The notes beneath the pieces are model-generated. The model was not told where the DNA came from and made no database searches. It saw only the letters and a program-made list of their open reading frames with translations. From Octopus sinensis (lineage: Eukaryota), in assembly GCF_006345805.1 (NCBI RefSeq), contig NW_021835461.1:12086-76085 (forward strand): a stretch of 64,000 bases of DNA, given 5' to 3'. Below, piece by piece: positions 11,010-23,564 of the stretch. The translations under genes were made by a program, and so were the position numbers. The first letter of the stretch is position 1, and each line of letters opens with the position of its first letter.

Positions 11010-12946
11010 ATATCTGTCTTGTGGCTGTATTCTATCAGCACAGAATGAAGGGAAAACAATGTCTCAGCCAAGCCAGCTCAGAATTCCTTCAGAGACCAAG
11101 TTCAAAGACAACTAAAACAATCCAGTAGAATATTTTAGAAAACTGCACAATGAATTCCAAGCAAGGAAAATGGAGAATAAGTGACAAAATCATAATGGTT
11201 GACTGGAATCCTATGAAATTTCTAAAATGATAGCAAAGATTGGGAAACCCCATAATATTGGTGAAACTAATTTTGCCAGCGGTATCTGTCATAGTGTCAT
11301 CATTTATGAAACAAAATGCTACTGAGATTACTTGTAAGATTCCTTTAAGCAACTCATCAGTGTCACTGTGCGTCAATGAAATGGCTAAGATGGAGAGAAG
11401 CAACCTGTAGCCAAACTGCAAGTAAAGAAATTTCTTCTTCAACCTGATGAATCTACCCTGAGAGACAGTAAAGCTATAGTATTGGCATATAATCGTTTTT
11501 TTTTTGGTGGTGGTGGTGGTGGGGTGTAATGAATTCAGAGAGGAAATTCATTTTACCAGACATCTTAAAACAGATACTAAAGGCAAAACAAATTTTCAAA
11601 GGCACTATAACTTATTTCGAGGAACATAATATTCCCCTGGGAAATGTGAGAGTTTGTGCTAATGACTGTGTTCCGCCCATGATTGGCAGATACAGAGATT
11701 TTGTTGCCTGTTGAATAAATGGTATTTTCTATACACTGTGTGATAACACCAGTAACACCTACTTGTGAAACAATCAAGAGCACATCTGCACGATCCCCTT
11801 AATATTGTAATATTATTTACAAGATCACATATTTCATGAATTCTGTAATCAAAATGGAGAAATTGAATGCTTTGTAATTCACACGAACATGATATGGTTA
11901 TCAAACTGTCTGCGTCATTTTTTTTTGTACTTTGGTATATTATTGTTTCATTCCTGGCTAACAACAATCGCAGCCAACAAATGATTCCAGCTAAAAGTAC
12001 AACTGCACTTCCACTCCACAAATGGTTGCAGCTAAATGCGATATATTTTATTTATCAGAAAAATTTGATAAAATATATCTGACAAACAGCTTCAAGAAGA
12101 CTTTGACCTCATATCCTCCAAAGGAGCGATTGCTGCTTTTCTGGGGAAAGTACAGCTCTAGGAAATAAATATTGTATGCTGTGTATTATTAGAATTTCCC
12201 TGTTTGGAATCAATTAACAGTAATCTGCACGATGACGACCTTGTTTACTGAACATTTGAAAAACTTGCATAATGATATGCAAGGTCAGTTTTATGACCTG
12301 CTGCAGTTAAATATACCGCGTTGGGTGACATTTCATGTTGCTGGTGTAGATATCTGTTTGCAGGAGAATCTCATTGAATTGCAGAACGATGAAATATTTC
12401 AAGCAAGATTTAAAGATGGAGAACGTAATGTATGGTAAAAAAAATGACACTGCTACAAAGTATCCATTATTCTGGTGGGGGAGTGCAGTTGTACTTTACT
12501 GCTTTTCCTTTATCTTACCTTGTTGAATCTGGTTTCAGCCATGTCGCTAATTTACTGTGAACAGCTCATAATTGAATCGACGTTGTAGAAAAAGGTGATC
12601 TTCAATTATCATTGACAACATAAGAGCAGAACAATTTAAAACTAGCAAAGCAGCACCAACCACCAGACTTGCATTAAAGAAATTAACACAAAGGTACTAC
12701 CTTATGTAAATAAATATATACCTGTATATTTATTTTACTTGGGAGCATTCATTTTCCGTAGAATTTAGTTGTTAAGAAATTGGTTATAGGTCCACAGTAC
12801 ACAAGATATTTTAACGACTTTTATACAAGTCCTAATTTGACTTTTTTAAACATCGAATGGGTATGGTGGGTGTGGGGGAGGGTCCCAAGGAGTAAAATAG
12901 GAATCAAAGGGGTTCTCAGGTAAAAAAAAAAGCTTGAGAACCCCTG
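11010..12946 (+). mobile_element. Decayed Buster-type hAT transposon (SCAND3/ZBED8/FAM200-like transposase pseudogene)
   Basis: Frameshifted motifs SYEISKMIAKIGKPHNIGE / LILPAV..IPLSNSSV..VNEMA / LQPDESTLRD / YFEEHNIPL..CAND..MIGRYR / EHLKNLHNDMQ..LQENLIELQND / AFPLSYLVESGFS; right TIR-like TGAGAACCCCTG ending at 12946. Confidence 0.9.
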
Positions 12947-14089
12947 GTTTGCGTAGCTGAGAGTTTGGAACGTAGGTAATAGATATTATTTTGAAGGAAT
13001 TTTTCCTCAAACTTGACCCAATTGTAAATGAGGTAACAAATAAAATATGTCGATAATTTTTGGCAAAGAAGCTATAAAGAATATTTTATGTTGAGTTTCA
13101 TTAATTTCATATTATGTGCTATTTTTCCAAAATCCTCTTTCATTTGACCAAGATATTTAAGGTTTTGTTGCATATCTGATCTTTCTGATGTCTAAGGACG
13201 GATGTTTATGTGTATGACTCTTTTTGCAAATTTAATTCTGGGGAAATAGAAAAGCATATTCACTTAGTCTTGTCTTACCCATTTTGCCCCGCCTATATTT
13301 GTCTTTTATATGCCGAAAGAAAACAGTGATAATTTTCTGAAATATTATTCTGAATATATCATAGGTTTTACTGAGTTTAGAGAAGGTCTTTACTCCGTTG
13401 ATAGAGTTTTGGTAAGGTAGTGAATATTTAAAAAAAATATATTTTCTTCAAAGTCAAAATGTTACTCATTGTACCCCACCTACTCTTAATGGAAACTGGA
13501 AAAGCAGACTTTTGGAAATAGCTGTTTGAATTTTCCTGTTTTTATTGGGGTGTGCCCCACTTTCTTTCTTTCTTTTTTTTTTAACACATTACAAAACAAT
13601 GAAGGGAAGCTGTTTTAAAAAAAGAATTTTTTAAATCCACGTCTTTGAAATGTTGGTATCTCTACCCCGCTCTCTCTTTCTCTTTGTCTGTCTGTCTCTC
13701 TCTCTCTCTTTCTCTGTATCTCTCTCTCTCTCTCTCACTCATCCTGTCTTTGGAACAGCAACAACAAAAATGATTTCTGTCTTTTTCGTAATTTTCTGTC
13801 ATTTTATCTTCTACATTCTGAAACATATGTAACTCACATTAAAAGAAAGAAAAAACCTTACCCCACTCTTCCCTACCGCAAGTGGATGTGTGAAAAACGA
13901 AACTTGAAGTTCTTTTTTTTTAAATTGCAAGTTATGATTTTTATTGCCTTCTCAGTGTTTACTGTTTTACAAAATTAAACTAGAAAACTGGACAAAACAG
14001 AGAATACAATTGAAAAAAAGAAAAAAGAAAAAAAGAAAGAAAGAGAAAAAAGAAAAAAAACAAAAGAACAAAACAATTTACCACCTTGG

Positions 14090-14566
14090 GTTGAAAAGTT
14101 GAGGGCGCTGGGAAACCTTTCTACTGGTTATTGAGACACACCAGTACACTTGCAGCGTTGCCGCAGATGATGGCGAAGCTGCTACGCTGGAACAGCCAAG
14201 CGCCCTCATGAGCCTCACCAGTTACCTCTGCCAGGTGAGTTGCCAGTGAAGACAGGAATCTCGCAGTGGCCCGACTCCACTAGACGTCTTGAACGCCACA
14301 CGATGGAAAATGTAGTTGGCCGACAGATCGCAGTATTTCAGGATTTTGTTCTGATCGGCCGCAGAAGCTGTGGATCTCGCCCTGACCACAGCATCCAAGA
14401 TGTGAGAAGAAGCAAAGGAGTCGCTAACTGTGACATCCCAGACAACGGACCAGGGGCATAGAGTGAGGCTGTCAGATCTCCTCTCGTCACATCTGGACAA
14501 TCCAGATGGTTCTAAGATGTATGGGATGTTTTCCCGGGCCAAGCTCCTCTTGAGTATCAAGTTCAA
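14090..14566 (-). pseudogene. CRE-clade-like non-LTR retrotransposon restriction-like endonuclease remnant
   Basis: LILKRSLARENIPYILEPSGLSRCDERRSDSLTLCPW-SVVWDVTVSDSFASSH matches the IKRSL..IP..LEP.GL.R.DGKRPDG.TL.PW..WD.T..DT.A.SH pattern. Confidence 0.75.
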
Positions 14567-15625
14567 CTCTATATGATGCGCAAAGCGACCAGCATGAAAA
14601 AGTGTATCTATAAAGCGACATTTTCGGTCATTTGTTTAAATTTTCTCTCCTAAATCATCAAATTCAATTATTTGAAGGAGATGGGTTTTGAGATTTAAAT
14701 TTGGCAATTTTCTAAGATTTTAATTTTGTTATGAGGGGCCCATCGATCTTGAAGTGCCTCGTGCCCCCTATGGTTTAAATACAACCCTGCATCTGAAAGG
14801 TATTTGCAGAACATTTCACGAAAAAAAAAAAAAAAGAAAAAACATTAATTTTTCTCAAAGTTATGAGAAAATAAAGTCATGGGGCAAAGTTGTGTGGTTA
14901 TGATGTAGTGAAAAGTATTGAAAGTGACTTTGTGAAGAATATGTAAAGCAATCGAAAAATGGGTTTACAGAAATTAAATTAGGAAGTTGTAAAGCGCAAA
15001 CTTACCTCGTAACAGCTCAGAGCAAAATTGAAACTTGAATATTTATCTGATGGTTTTTAAGTCGTTGATTGGTTTTACAATTTTGTATGATATCAATGTT
15101 TTTCCGAGAAAATCACTTCCCCTTTGTCCTCTTTTTCATGATTTGCTTTCATGAGAACTTTGTGATAACAGTTTATTATCATTATTTGCAACAGACGAAA
15201 TATAAAAAAGGAAGTGGCTGATAAAGAGAGAAATAAATTGTTTTAATAGGAAATACACAATGAAAGTAGGTTAGGGAAGATTTCACTTTCATTTTTGTCA
15301 ATGACCTCAGTAAAACTTACCTGGTTTTCCCCAGTGGTGGCCACTGATTGGCATGTTTCCCCCCACCCACAAACCTTCTGTGGGTATACACAGAGTCTTA
15401 CCTACTTAAATGTGCACCCTATCAACAGGTTTGTTTCCTCATAACTTTCAGAAAAATGGATATTTTAAGAAATTTTCTACAAATGACGTAGTTGACGATT
15501 ATATGAGAATTGATATGAAAAAGAAAGTAGGTGAGTGCTCACAACAGCACACAATGAGACACATAACGATATCTTTTTTCAGTTCAAAGTTCATTTAGTA
15601 GATATATGCGATATGTGTCAGTATG

Positions 15626-15830
15626 TATTCTTTTACTTGTTTCAGTAATTTGACTGCGGCCATGCTGGAGCACCGCCTTGAAGGGTTTTTAAAGTTGAAG
15701 AAATTGACACCAGAACTTATTCTTTGTAAGCCTAGTACTTATTCTCTCGTTTTTTTTTTCTTTTTGCTGAACGCTAGGTTGCGGGGATAAAGACGCACCA
15801 AGCAATAGCGAGGGACGGACGGAGATACGC
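15626..15830 (-). mobile_element. Family A SINE 3' half
   Basis: ATTCTTTTACTTGTTTCAGT..TGACTGCGGCCATGCTGGAGCACCGCC..ACTTATTCTTTGTAAGCCTAGTACTTATTC is the rc of the 3' half of 62695-63008. Confidence 0.85.
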
Positions 15831-17073
15831 GCGTGCGCACACACACACGCATATATATATAGTACAAAGTAAGATAGGGGTTATGGGTGTAACCCACTAT
15901 GGGATATCATTTATCCAATATACTGTTGGTAAAGTACCCAAATTCTTAATACATAAATGTTTTTAATTGCAAAGCAATTAACTCATTTATTGTATTAAAC
16001 GGGTGAAGGTAGAGAAATATTTTTACCGTAAATTTATAATACAAATAAGAAAATGGAGAAACAAATTGGTTTGTTCATCAACTTACGGATATTATAATGT
16101 TGGATTATTTATTCATTTTACAAATGAGAACATCAAAAGCATACAAAAATATTATATAAATCAATAGATAAGATAGTAATACAAATACAGATTTTAAAAG
16201 TCATAGTATAAATTAATGAAATCCATAAACTGCTTCTTACAGCTCTTTTTACCTATGGTCAAAAGTGAATCTAATTTTCATTGCCTATAGATTTCAACAT
16301 ACTAAAGTTGTAGGCATTTAAAAAATATAATACTTATATATTAAAAAACCATAGGCCTCGTCAGAGGTTATAATGAACTTTAAAAATATTAATATTAATA
16401 TTAATATACTAAACATGATACACATATTACTTAATATATTAAAATAAACAATAAACAAATATCAAAATATACATATATACATATACATACATACATATAT
16501 ATATACATATACATACATCCTTACATATATGTATGTGAAATGAACAGAAGTGTGATCAGCATCTTCTCATATATCAGGAAATTACATCTACATTATTATG
16601 GATAAATTCATCGTCTCTGAGTATGAAATATCTCCTAATATCTCCGGAAATTACACCTGCATTATTATGGATGGATTTACCTTTTCTGTGAAACTAAAAA
16701 CCTTTTATAAAACTGTGCATCTTTAGAGAACTTGTGAAGTCTGCTTACAATCTAACTTTGCTTTTTATTGAACTCTCTTCGATACTTCATGAGTGTAGCC
16801 TCACCCCTAGGATGTTTGGAAAACTCATATGTGTTTTGGCTGATGAATACAGGACACTTGTATTTGCTGCAATATTTGCAGCTTTTAATAAAGCTGTTCT
16901 TCGTATGAAACAATTGTACTGAACAACTAATCCAGTCTTGTTGCTTTTTTCTTGTTTATAATCACCCCACATTATTTTATGGTTAATACCATATAGATTT
17001 CTGGTGCATCTAAGTTAAGTACCGCATTCATTTGAACTCATTGGAATTCACTTGAATCTTAATTGTTGTTACT

Positions 17074-17111
<38 letters not shown>

Positions 17112-17115
<4 letters not shown>

Positions 17116-17947
17116 CCCTGGAACCCGGAACGTCTCGCTGTGCTTGAGGAGACCTGTTGAGTCAAGTACATGAACATGAACATCGAAATAAATATAAATA
17201 TCAATGGAAATAGTAGTTGTGATACCTGTGCCGCTGGCACATAAAAAGCACCATCCGAATGTGGCTGATGCCAGCGCCGCCCCGACTGGCTTCTGTGCCA
17301 GTGGCACATAAAAAGCACCATCTGAACGTGGCTGACGCCAGCCAGCGCCGCCCCTACTGGCTCCTGTGCCGGTGGCACATAAAAAGCACCATCTGAACGT
17401 GGTCGATGCCAGCGCTGCCCCGACTGGCTTCTGTGCCGGTGGCACATAAAAAGCACCATCCGAACGTGGCCGATGCCAGCGACGCCCCGACCGGCTTCTG
17501 TGCCGGTGGCACATAAAAAGCACCATCCGAACGTGGCCGATGCCAGCACCGCCCCGACTGGCTCCTGTGCCAGTGGCACATAAAAAGCACCATCCAAACG
17601 TGGCCGATGCCAGCGCCACCCCGACTGGCTTCTGTGCCGGTGGCACATAAAAAGCACCATCCGAACGTGGCCGTTGCCAGCGCCGCCTTAGCTGGCTTCC
17701 GTGCCGGTGGCACGTTAAAAGCTCCAACCGATCGTGGCCGATGCCGGACCCCCCTGGCACCTGTGCAGGTGGCACGTAAAAAGCACCCACTACACTCGCG
17801 GAGTGGTTGGCGTTAGGAAGGGCATCCAGCTGTAGAAACTCTGCCAGATCAGACTGGAGCCTGGTGCAGTCCCTGGCTTCCCAGACCCCGGTCGAACCGT
17901 CCAACCCGTGCTAGCGCGGAAAACGGACGTTAAACGATGATGATGAT
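17112..17947 (+). mobile_element. Family B copy containing a 67-bp tandem minisatellite (~8.5 units)
   Basis: Unit starts at 17424, 17491, 17558, 17625 and 17692 (67-bp period), core GTGCCGGTGGCACATAAAAAGCACC; followed by the family B body and a (GAT)n tail. Confidence 0.9.
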
Positions 17948-19756
17948 ATATATATATATATATATACAATACAAATATACATACATAAGCAAAGCATATA
18001 TAGTATTCACATGCGCAAAATACATTAATGAACACAATTAAACAATATATTCCAGTGGATATACCATACGTCATATACGTATATAAATACATTAGAACAT
18101 ATAAACACGTCTATGCTTATCAGTAACAACAATATTATTGTATTAACAATAATCTTCAACAGATCTTACATACTATAATAATGTCTTCGTGAGCTATTAG
18201 AAGTTGACAAACCAACTAAGGGATAGTACCTATCCAATATACTGCTTGTAGAGTACCCAATTATTCATAGCCAAGTGCTAGTTATTGCACTTGCAATTGA
18301 GTATTATATATGGGCGGAGGTAAAAAAGTGATTTACCCATGATTTATACAGCAAATAAGAAAACGGAGAGGATATACAATTGACAGACATCAGCCAGTAA
18401 ACATTCAAGTATGTCTATTTATTCAATTGTATTGGATAAATACACGCATAATTGCTGGCCTTATTCCTAAATTAGAAATCATTAATCCTCTTTGACCATC
18501 TTATTTCAGTTTTCCGTAACCTCTGCCTCATTGACAGTTCATCATCGCAGGTATTGCAATTCAGGGGAAATAACTGATACACATTGTCATAAGAGTAATT
18601 CACCTTGACGGATTTAAGCAACTGGACAAATGAATCTTTTATGAATAAAAACATCGGTTGTCAACGTTTTCAGTCACATATTTAGCTTAGAACACAGTTA
18701 AAGAAAGGCTCAGCGGGAGAGAGAGAGAGAGAAAGTGGTGCTGCTACTGTTTCTGGTTGTTGTTGTTGTTGTTGTTAAGCAACAAGACGGTTAAGGGTGA
18801 TTAAGGTGATGGTCTAGGGCTTAAAGGCGGGAGATCCCAGACCTTAGATAAAAAAAATCTTTGGTCGTCTTGTTGTAGTCGAGGGCTCTTCGTTGACGCT
18901 CGACACTATTGGGAGGTGGCCCTCGAGGTCGCTGGAAATAGAAATCTCCAGGCCCAAATTCTTGGACGGCTACTGTTGTTGGTGCTAGAGCTGGTGGTGG
19001 AGGTGGCGACGGTGAGTGGATGGAGAAAAATAATTTTTTGGGGAATTGAACTAAATTTTTTTAATATCACCTATTACTTAACACATGCACATCCCAAACT
19101 TGCCATTCACTTCCGAAAGAAACCAGTTTCCCCTTTGCCTGTCTTATGCAGTGGCTATCCACAAATCACAAGGGCAGACATTTGATCGAGTGGGGGCTGT
19201 TCTTGCCTGAACCTGTATTCGGCCATGGTCAGCAATATGTTGCATTCTCAAGGGTTTGCAAATTATCCAATGCGTGAGTTAAAGCTGTCAACACTGACAA
19301 AGAAGGGAAGAAAAGAGCGATAACTTACACAAAGAACATAATCTGCAAAGAAGTAGTGGATTAAAAGATTTATGCAAATTGAAATGTGTATTGGCTCTGA
19401 CCCATCGCATTGGCTCATAAGTTACCAACGATGTGGTTTGCAGCGTATGCCATCATAATAATACTAAAACTCTATGGATGTTTGTTGGTACTCGAAATAT
19501 CTCAGAAATAGTATATTTTATCTTAATCTTTTTTTTTCTTGCATATTTATTTTCATACTTAGCTTCGACAGTACAATATTTGTGACATTATTAATGAAAA
19601 GGAGTAAACACTATTTTTGTCTATTTCTTGAAAAAAAGAAAAAGCATAGCTTCCGTGACATCAACACACATACATACATACAGAATACATACACATATAA
19701 CGAATGTGATGGGGTGTCAATCAACACAAACACACGGCCTCCATCTGTGACATATC

Positions 19757-20137
19757 GTGGCACTCCGTCGGTTACTATGACGAGGGTTCCAGTTAATCCG
19801 ATCATCGGAACAGCCTGGTCGGGAAATTAACATGCAAGTGGCTGAGCACTCCACAGACATGTGTGTACCCTTAATGTAGTTCTCGGGGGAAGATTCAGCG
19901 TGATACAGAGCGTGACAAGGGTAGCCCTTAGAAATACAGGTACAACAGAAACAGGAAGAGAGAGTGAGAGAAAGCTGTGGTGAAAGAGTACAAGGTTCGC
20001 CACTATCCCCTACCAGAGCCTCGTGGAGCTGTGGGTGTTTTTGCTCAATAAACACTCACAACGCCCGGTCTGGGAATCAAAACTTCGATCCTACGACCGC
20101 GAGTCCGCTACCTTAACCACTGAGCCATTGCGCCTCC
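19757..20137 (-). mobile_element. tRNA-derived SINE (family D)
   Basis: rc head GGAGGCGCAATGGCTCAGTGGTTAAGGTAGCGGACTCGCGGTCGTAGGATCGAAGTTTTGATTCCCAGACC (A box TGGCTCAGTGG, B-box-like GTTTTGATTCC), followed by a ~300 bp non-tRNA body. Confidence 0.8.
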
Positions 20138-21494
20138 ACTGTCTGTGACATATACATACACATAGTCTTTGCGCACTCTGAGCAAAAAAAAAAAAAAAAA
20201 AAGACTTTCACCTTTTGACGTACACAATATTTTAATGATTTGGAAATATTTTTAACTGAATGGCATTTCAAAAATATAAGTTGTTTGTTCAGCAAGAATT
20301 TGTATTTTAGCATTCTTCAAACACTATTTTAATGGATTTTTAATTATTTTCAGGTTGTTAATTTCCATAATTTTTTTTTATTTATTTACATTTATTTACA
20401 TGAGAGAAGAAAGTGAAAGATGTGTGTACGTGTATAGGAAATGGACGTGTGTGTGTGGAAGAGGGAGAGAGGGTGGAGGGGGGAAGAGAGAAAGTGAAGG
20501 GGTGTTTTGTCATGTATACGTACATACATCAATACATATGCGTACATCCTTTTTATATGTACGTGTGCATGTGTGTTTGTGGGTGTGTGGGAGAGAGAGA
20601 AAGAGAATGAGCGAGGGTGAGTGAGTGAACGTGTGTGTTCTCATGTATGTGTAAGTGGCACTCTCTCTCTCTCTCTCTCATACACACACACACTCACACA
20701 CGTCCATTTCATATATGCGTTCATACATCTTTCATGTTCTTCTCTATTTCACTTTAAAACAATTGTAAATAAATAAAACAATTTTACAGAAATTAATGAA
20801 CAAAATCAGCTGATCTGGATGACAGTTCTGAGAGTCAAAGCGAAAGATTGCCCCAAGGGAATACTATTACAAATTTTTTTCGAATGCAGTCAATGTATCC
20901 CAGCTCTAAAGATTTGGCTGCTATTTCTAGCACGCCCTGATACCACGTAGCAGCTATTTGCGATAAAAGACTCAAAATACCTGTTATGAGGTATCAGGGC
21001 GTGCAAGAAATAGCAGCGAAATCTTTCCTTTTCCGGGGAAACGAGCTGTTTACGCTTGATTTCGATGTCACTTTCGTTGAAAGCATACGAAACAACCTAG
21101 AAAAGAGAGAGAGAGAGAAAATAAACATGAAACAAACATCCGTTGCTGGGAAACTCAGATTCCAGGTGACCTACGGGTCACGGGTAGTCTAGAGTTACAT
21201 TAAATTTTCACCCCCGTGAAGTTGTGACCTCTATATTTTCCATATAAAATAAATGTTTTTACTATAATTTTTTTTGTTTTCTAGATATGAAATTGTGACA
21301 ATGAGAATTTTAAAATGTAATTTTTCTGTTAATGGTGAAAATGGAAAAATAAGAGTGAATATTTATTTTATGAGTGCTGTGTATTAAGTCTATAAAATTG
21401 TGCATAAAGTATATAAGTGCATTAAGTAATCATCGTATTCATTTTCAATGAATAGCAGATGAGCGACAATCTTTCAATAAAGATGTAGCAATAA

Positions 21495-22935
21495 CCATTT
21501 TAGCCATTTTGAAATGTGGCGCGAATTGGCAATATGACTTAATGTCTTTGCCGAAGAATTATTATTTTCGTTTTTTTCCATTGGTTAATATAACTGCTCA
21601 TATAAAGATTCTAAAAGTTTCGTAAAGAATATTTGTCATGGATTTCGATTCTTTTTAGTCATGTTGAGCAGTTATAAAAACCATGGATTTTGGGAAAAAT
21701 GTCAGTGTTTGTTCTCATGTATGTGTAAGTGGCACTCTCTCTCTCTCTCTCATACACACACACACTCACACACATCCATTTCATATATGCGTTCATGCAT
21801 CTTTCATGTTCTCTATTTCACTTTAAAACAATTGTAAATAAATAAAACAATTTTACGGAAATTAATGAACTCCACAACACTCACTCTTTTGAGACATCGG
21901 TAATTTTCATGCCATGTCTAAGTTAATCACAAGTCTATTTTGATTTGTTGGTTAATGTATTAGCTAGAATTGAGAAATTAGTTAATGAAATTATAGTCGT
22001 TCTTCTTCAGCGTTCTTTTCGTTTCAACTTACTTTTAACTATTTGTTAATAAAATATTTATGCAATAATTCTGTAGTTTATGTTTATTATATTATTAAAA
22101 TATTCCACCAGTCTGTCGGTGTTTATAATTTTTTTTTTATTTAAAAAATATTTTTTCTATAGGTTTTCCTATAGGTTGTTTTAGTTGGGGTCACCAATTT
22201 TCCTATGGCAGTTTTTGTTTTAAACCTTAAGCTTTCTCTCAGGTTATATTATTTTATTTGGCTTTTCTCTGAGTAAGGGAGAATATAATGATTCAACGTC
22301 ACTTATACTAAAGTGTTATCATTATACCTAAAACCCTAACTACAGTTATAACGTCATAGAGACATATACGCATCAAACGCTATGAATATTAACGATATGT
22401 ATGTTCTTTAAACCACTATAAGAAAACATAAATTAAGGATTACAGAAATGCATACTTATTTATGCTCAGTTGAAAAACAAACGTGAAGAGAAACATTTTC
22501 TTTTAATTTTATTATATAAATATAACATTTTATATTATTTACAGTAGGAGAGATAACTTGTCATGAAGCATTTTAGCCTTTTTGAAATGTGGCGCGAATT
22601 GGCAATATGACGTAATGTCTTTGCCGAAGAATTATAATTTTCGTTTTTTCCATTGGTTAATATAACTGCTCATATGAAGATTCTAAAAGTTTCGTAAAGA
22701 ATATTTGTCATGGATTTCGATTCTTTTTAGTCAAGTTGAGCAGTTATAAAAACCCTGGATTTTGGGAAAAATTTCAGTGTTTGTTGGATGTCACTGAACT
22801 CCACGACACTCACTCTTTTGAGACATCGGTAATTTTCATGCCATGTCTAAGTTAATCACAAGTCTATTTTGATTTGTTGGCTAATGTATTAGCTAGAATT
22901 GAGAAATTAGTTAATGAAATTATAGTCGTTTTTCT
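21495..22935. repeat. Local direct duplication (21495-21995 vs 22570-22935)
   Basis: TTTTAGCC.TTTTGAAATGTGGCGCGAATTGGC...GAAATTATAGTCGTT occurs twice at high identity; copy 1 carries an extra ~150 bp. Confidence 0.9.
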
Positions 22936-23027
22936 TCACGACAAAGTTATCTTTCCTACTGTAAATAATATAAAATGTTATAGTTATATAATAAAACTAA
23001 TTAAAAGAAAATGTTTCTCTTCATGTT
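22480..23027. repeat. ~90-bp inverted repeats enclosing duplication copy 2 (MITE/foldback-like)
   Basis: 22480-22568 (GTGAAGAGAAACATTTTCTTTTAATT...CAGTAGGAGAGATAACTTGTCATGAAG) is the near reverse complement of 22934-23027. Confidence 0.8.
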
Positions 23028-23073
23028 AATAATAATAATAATAATAATAATAAGAAGAAGAAGAAGAATAATA

Positions 23074-23121
<48 letters not shown>

Positions 23122-23290
23122 GTAATAATGAGAAGAAGAAGAAGAAGAACAACAACAACAAGAACAAGAAAAATAATAATAATAATAATAATAATAATTA
23201 GAAGAAGAAGAAGAAGAAGAAGAATAATAAGAAGAAGAATAAAAATAATAATTATAATAATAATAATAATAATAAGAAGAAGAAGAATAA

Positions 23291-23331
<41 letters not shown>

Positions 23332-23533
23332 GGAAGAAAAATAATAATAAGAAGAAGAAGGTGAATAATAATAATAATAATAATAAGAAGAAGAGAAGAA
23401 GAAGAAGAATGAGAGTAATAATAATAATAAGAAGAATAAGAATAAGAATAATAATAATAATAAGAAGAAGAAGAATAGTATAAATAATAATAATAATAAG
23501 AAGAAGAATAAAAATAATAATAATAATAATAAT

Positions 23534-23564
<31 letters not shown>

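Noticed and set aside
11089-12021. Hydrophobic minus-strand ORFs (117-120 aa)
   Set aside because: They are antisense shadows of the Buster transposase remnant
17219-17790. CRISPR-like array of palindromic repeats
   Set aside because: Spacers are near-identical rather than unique, there are no cas genes, and the array lies inside a eukaryotic repeat; the overlapping ORFs (17073-17904) are repeat artefacts
18472-18654. Minus-strand ORF with CxxC (possible Penelope EN piece)
   Set aside because: No YIG/GET motif; similarity is too weak
19990-20137. tRNA gene
   Set aside because: Degenerate T-arm/B box and continuation into a SINE body; the same applies to heads at 1178, 60108, 61010 and 62182
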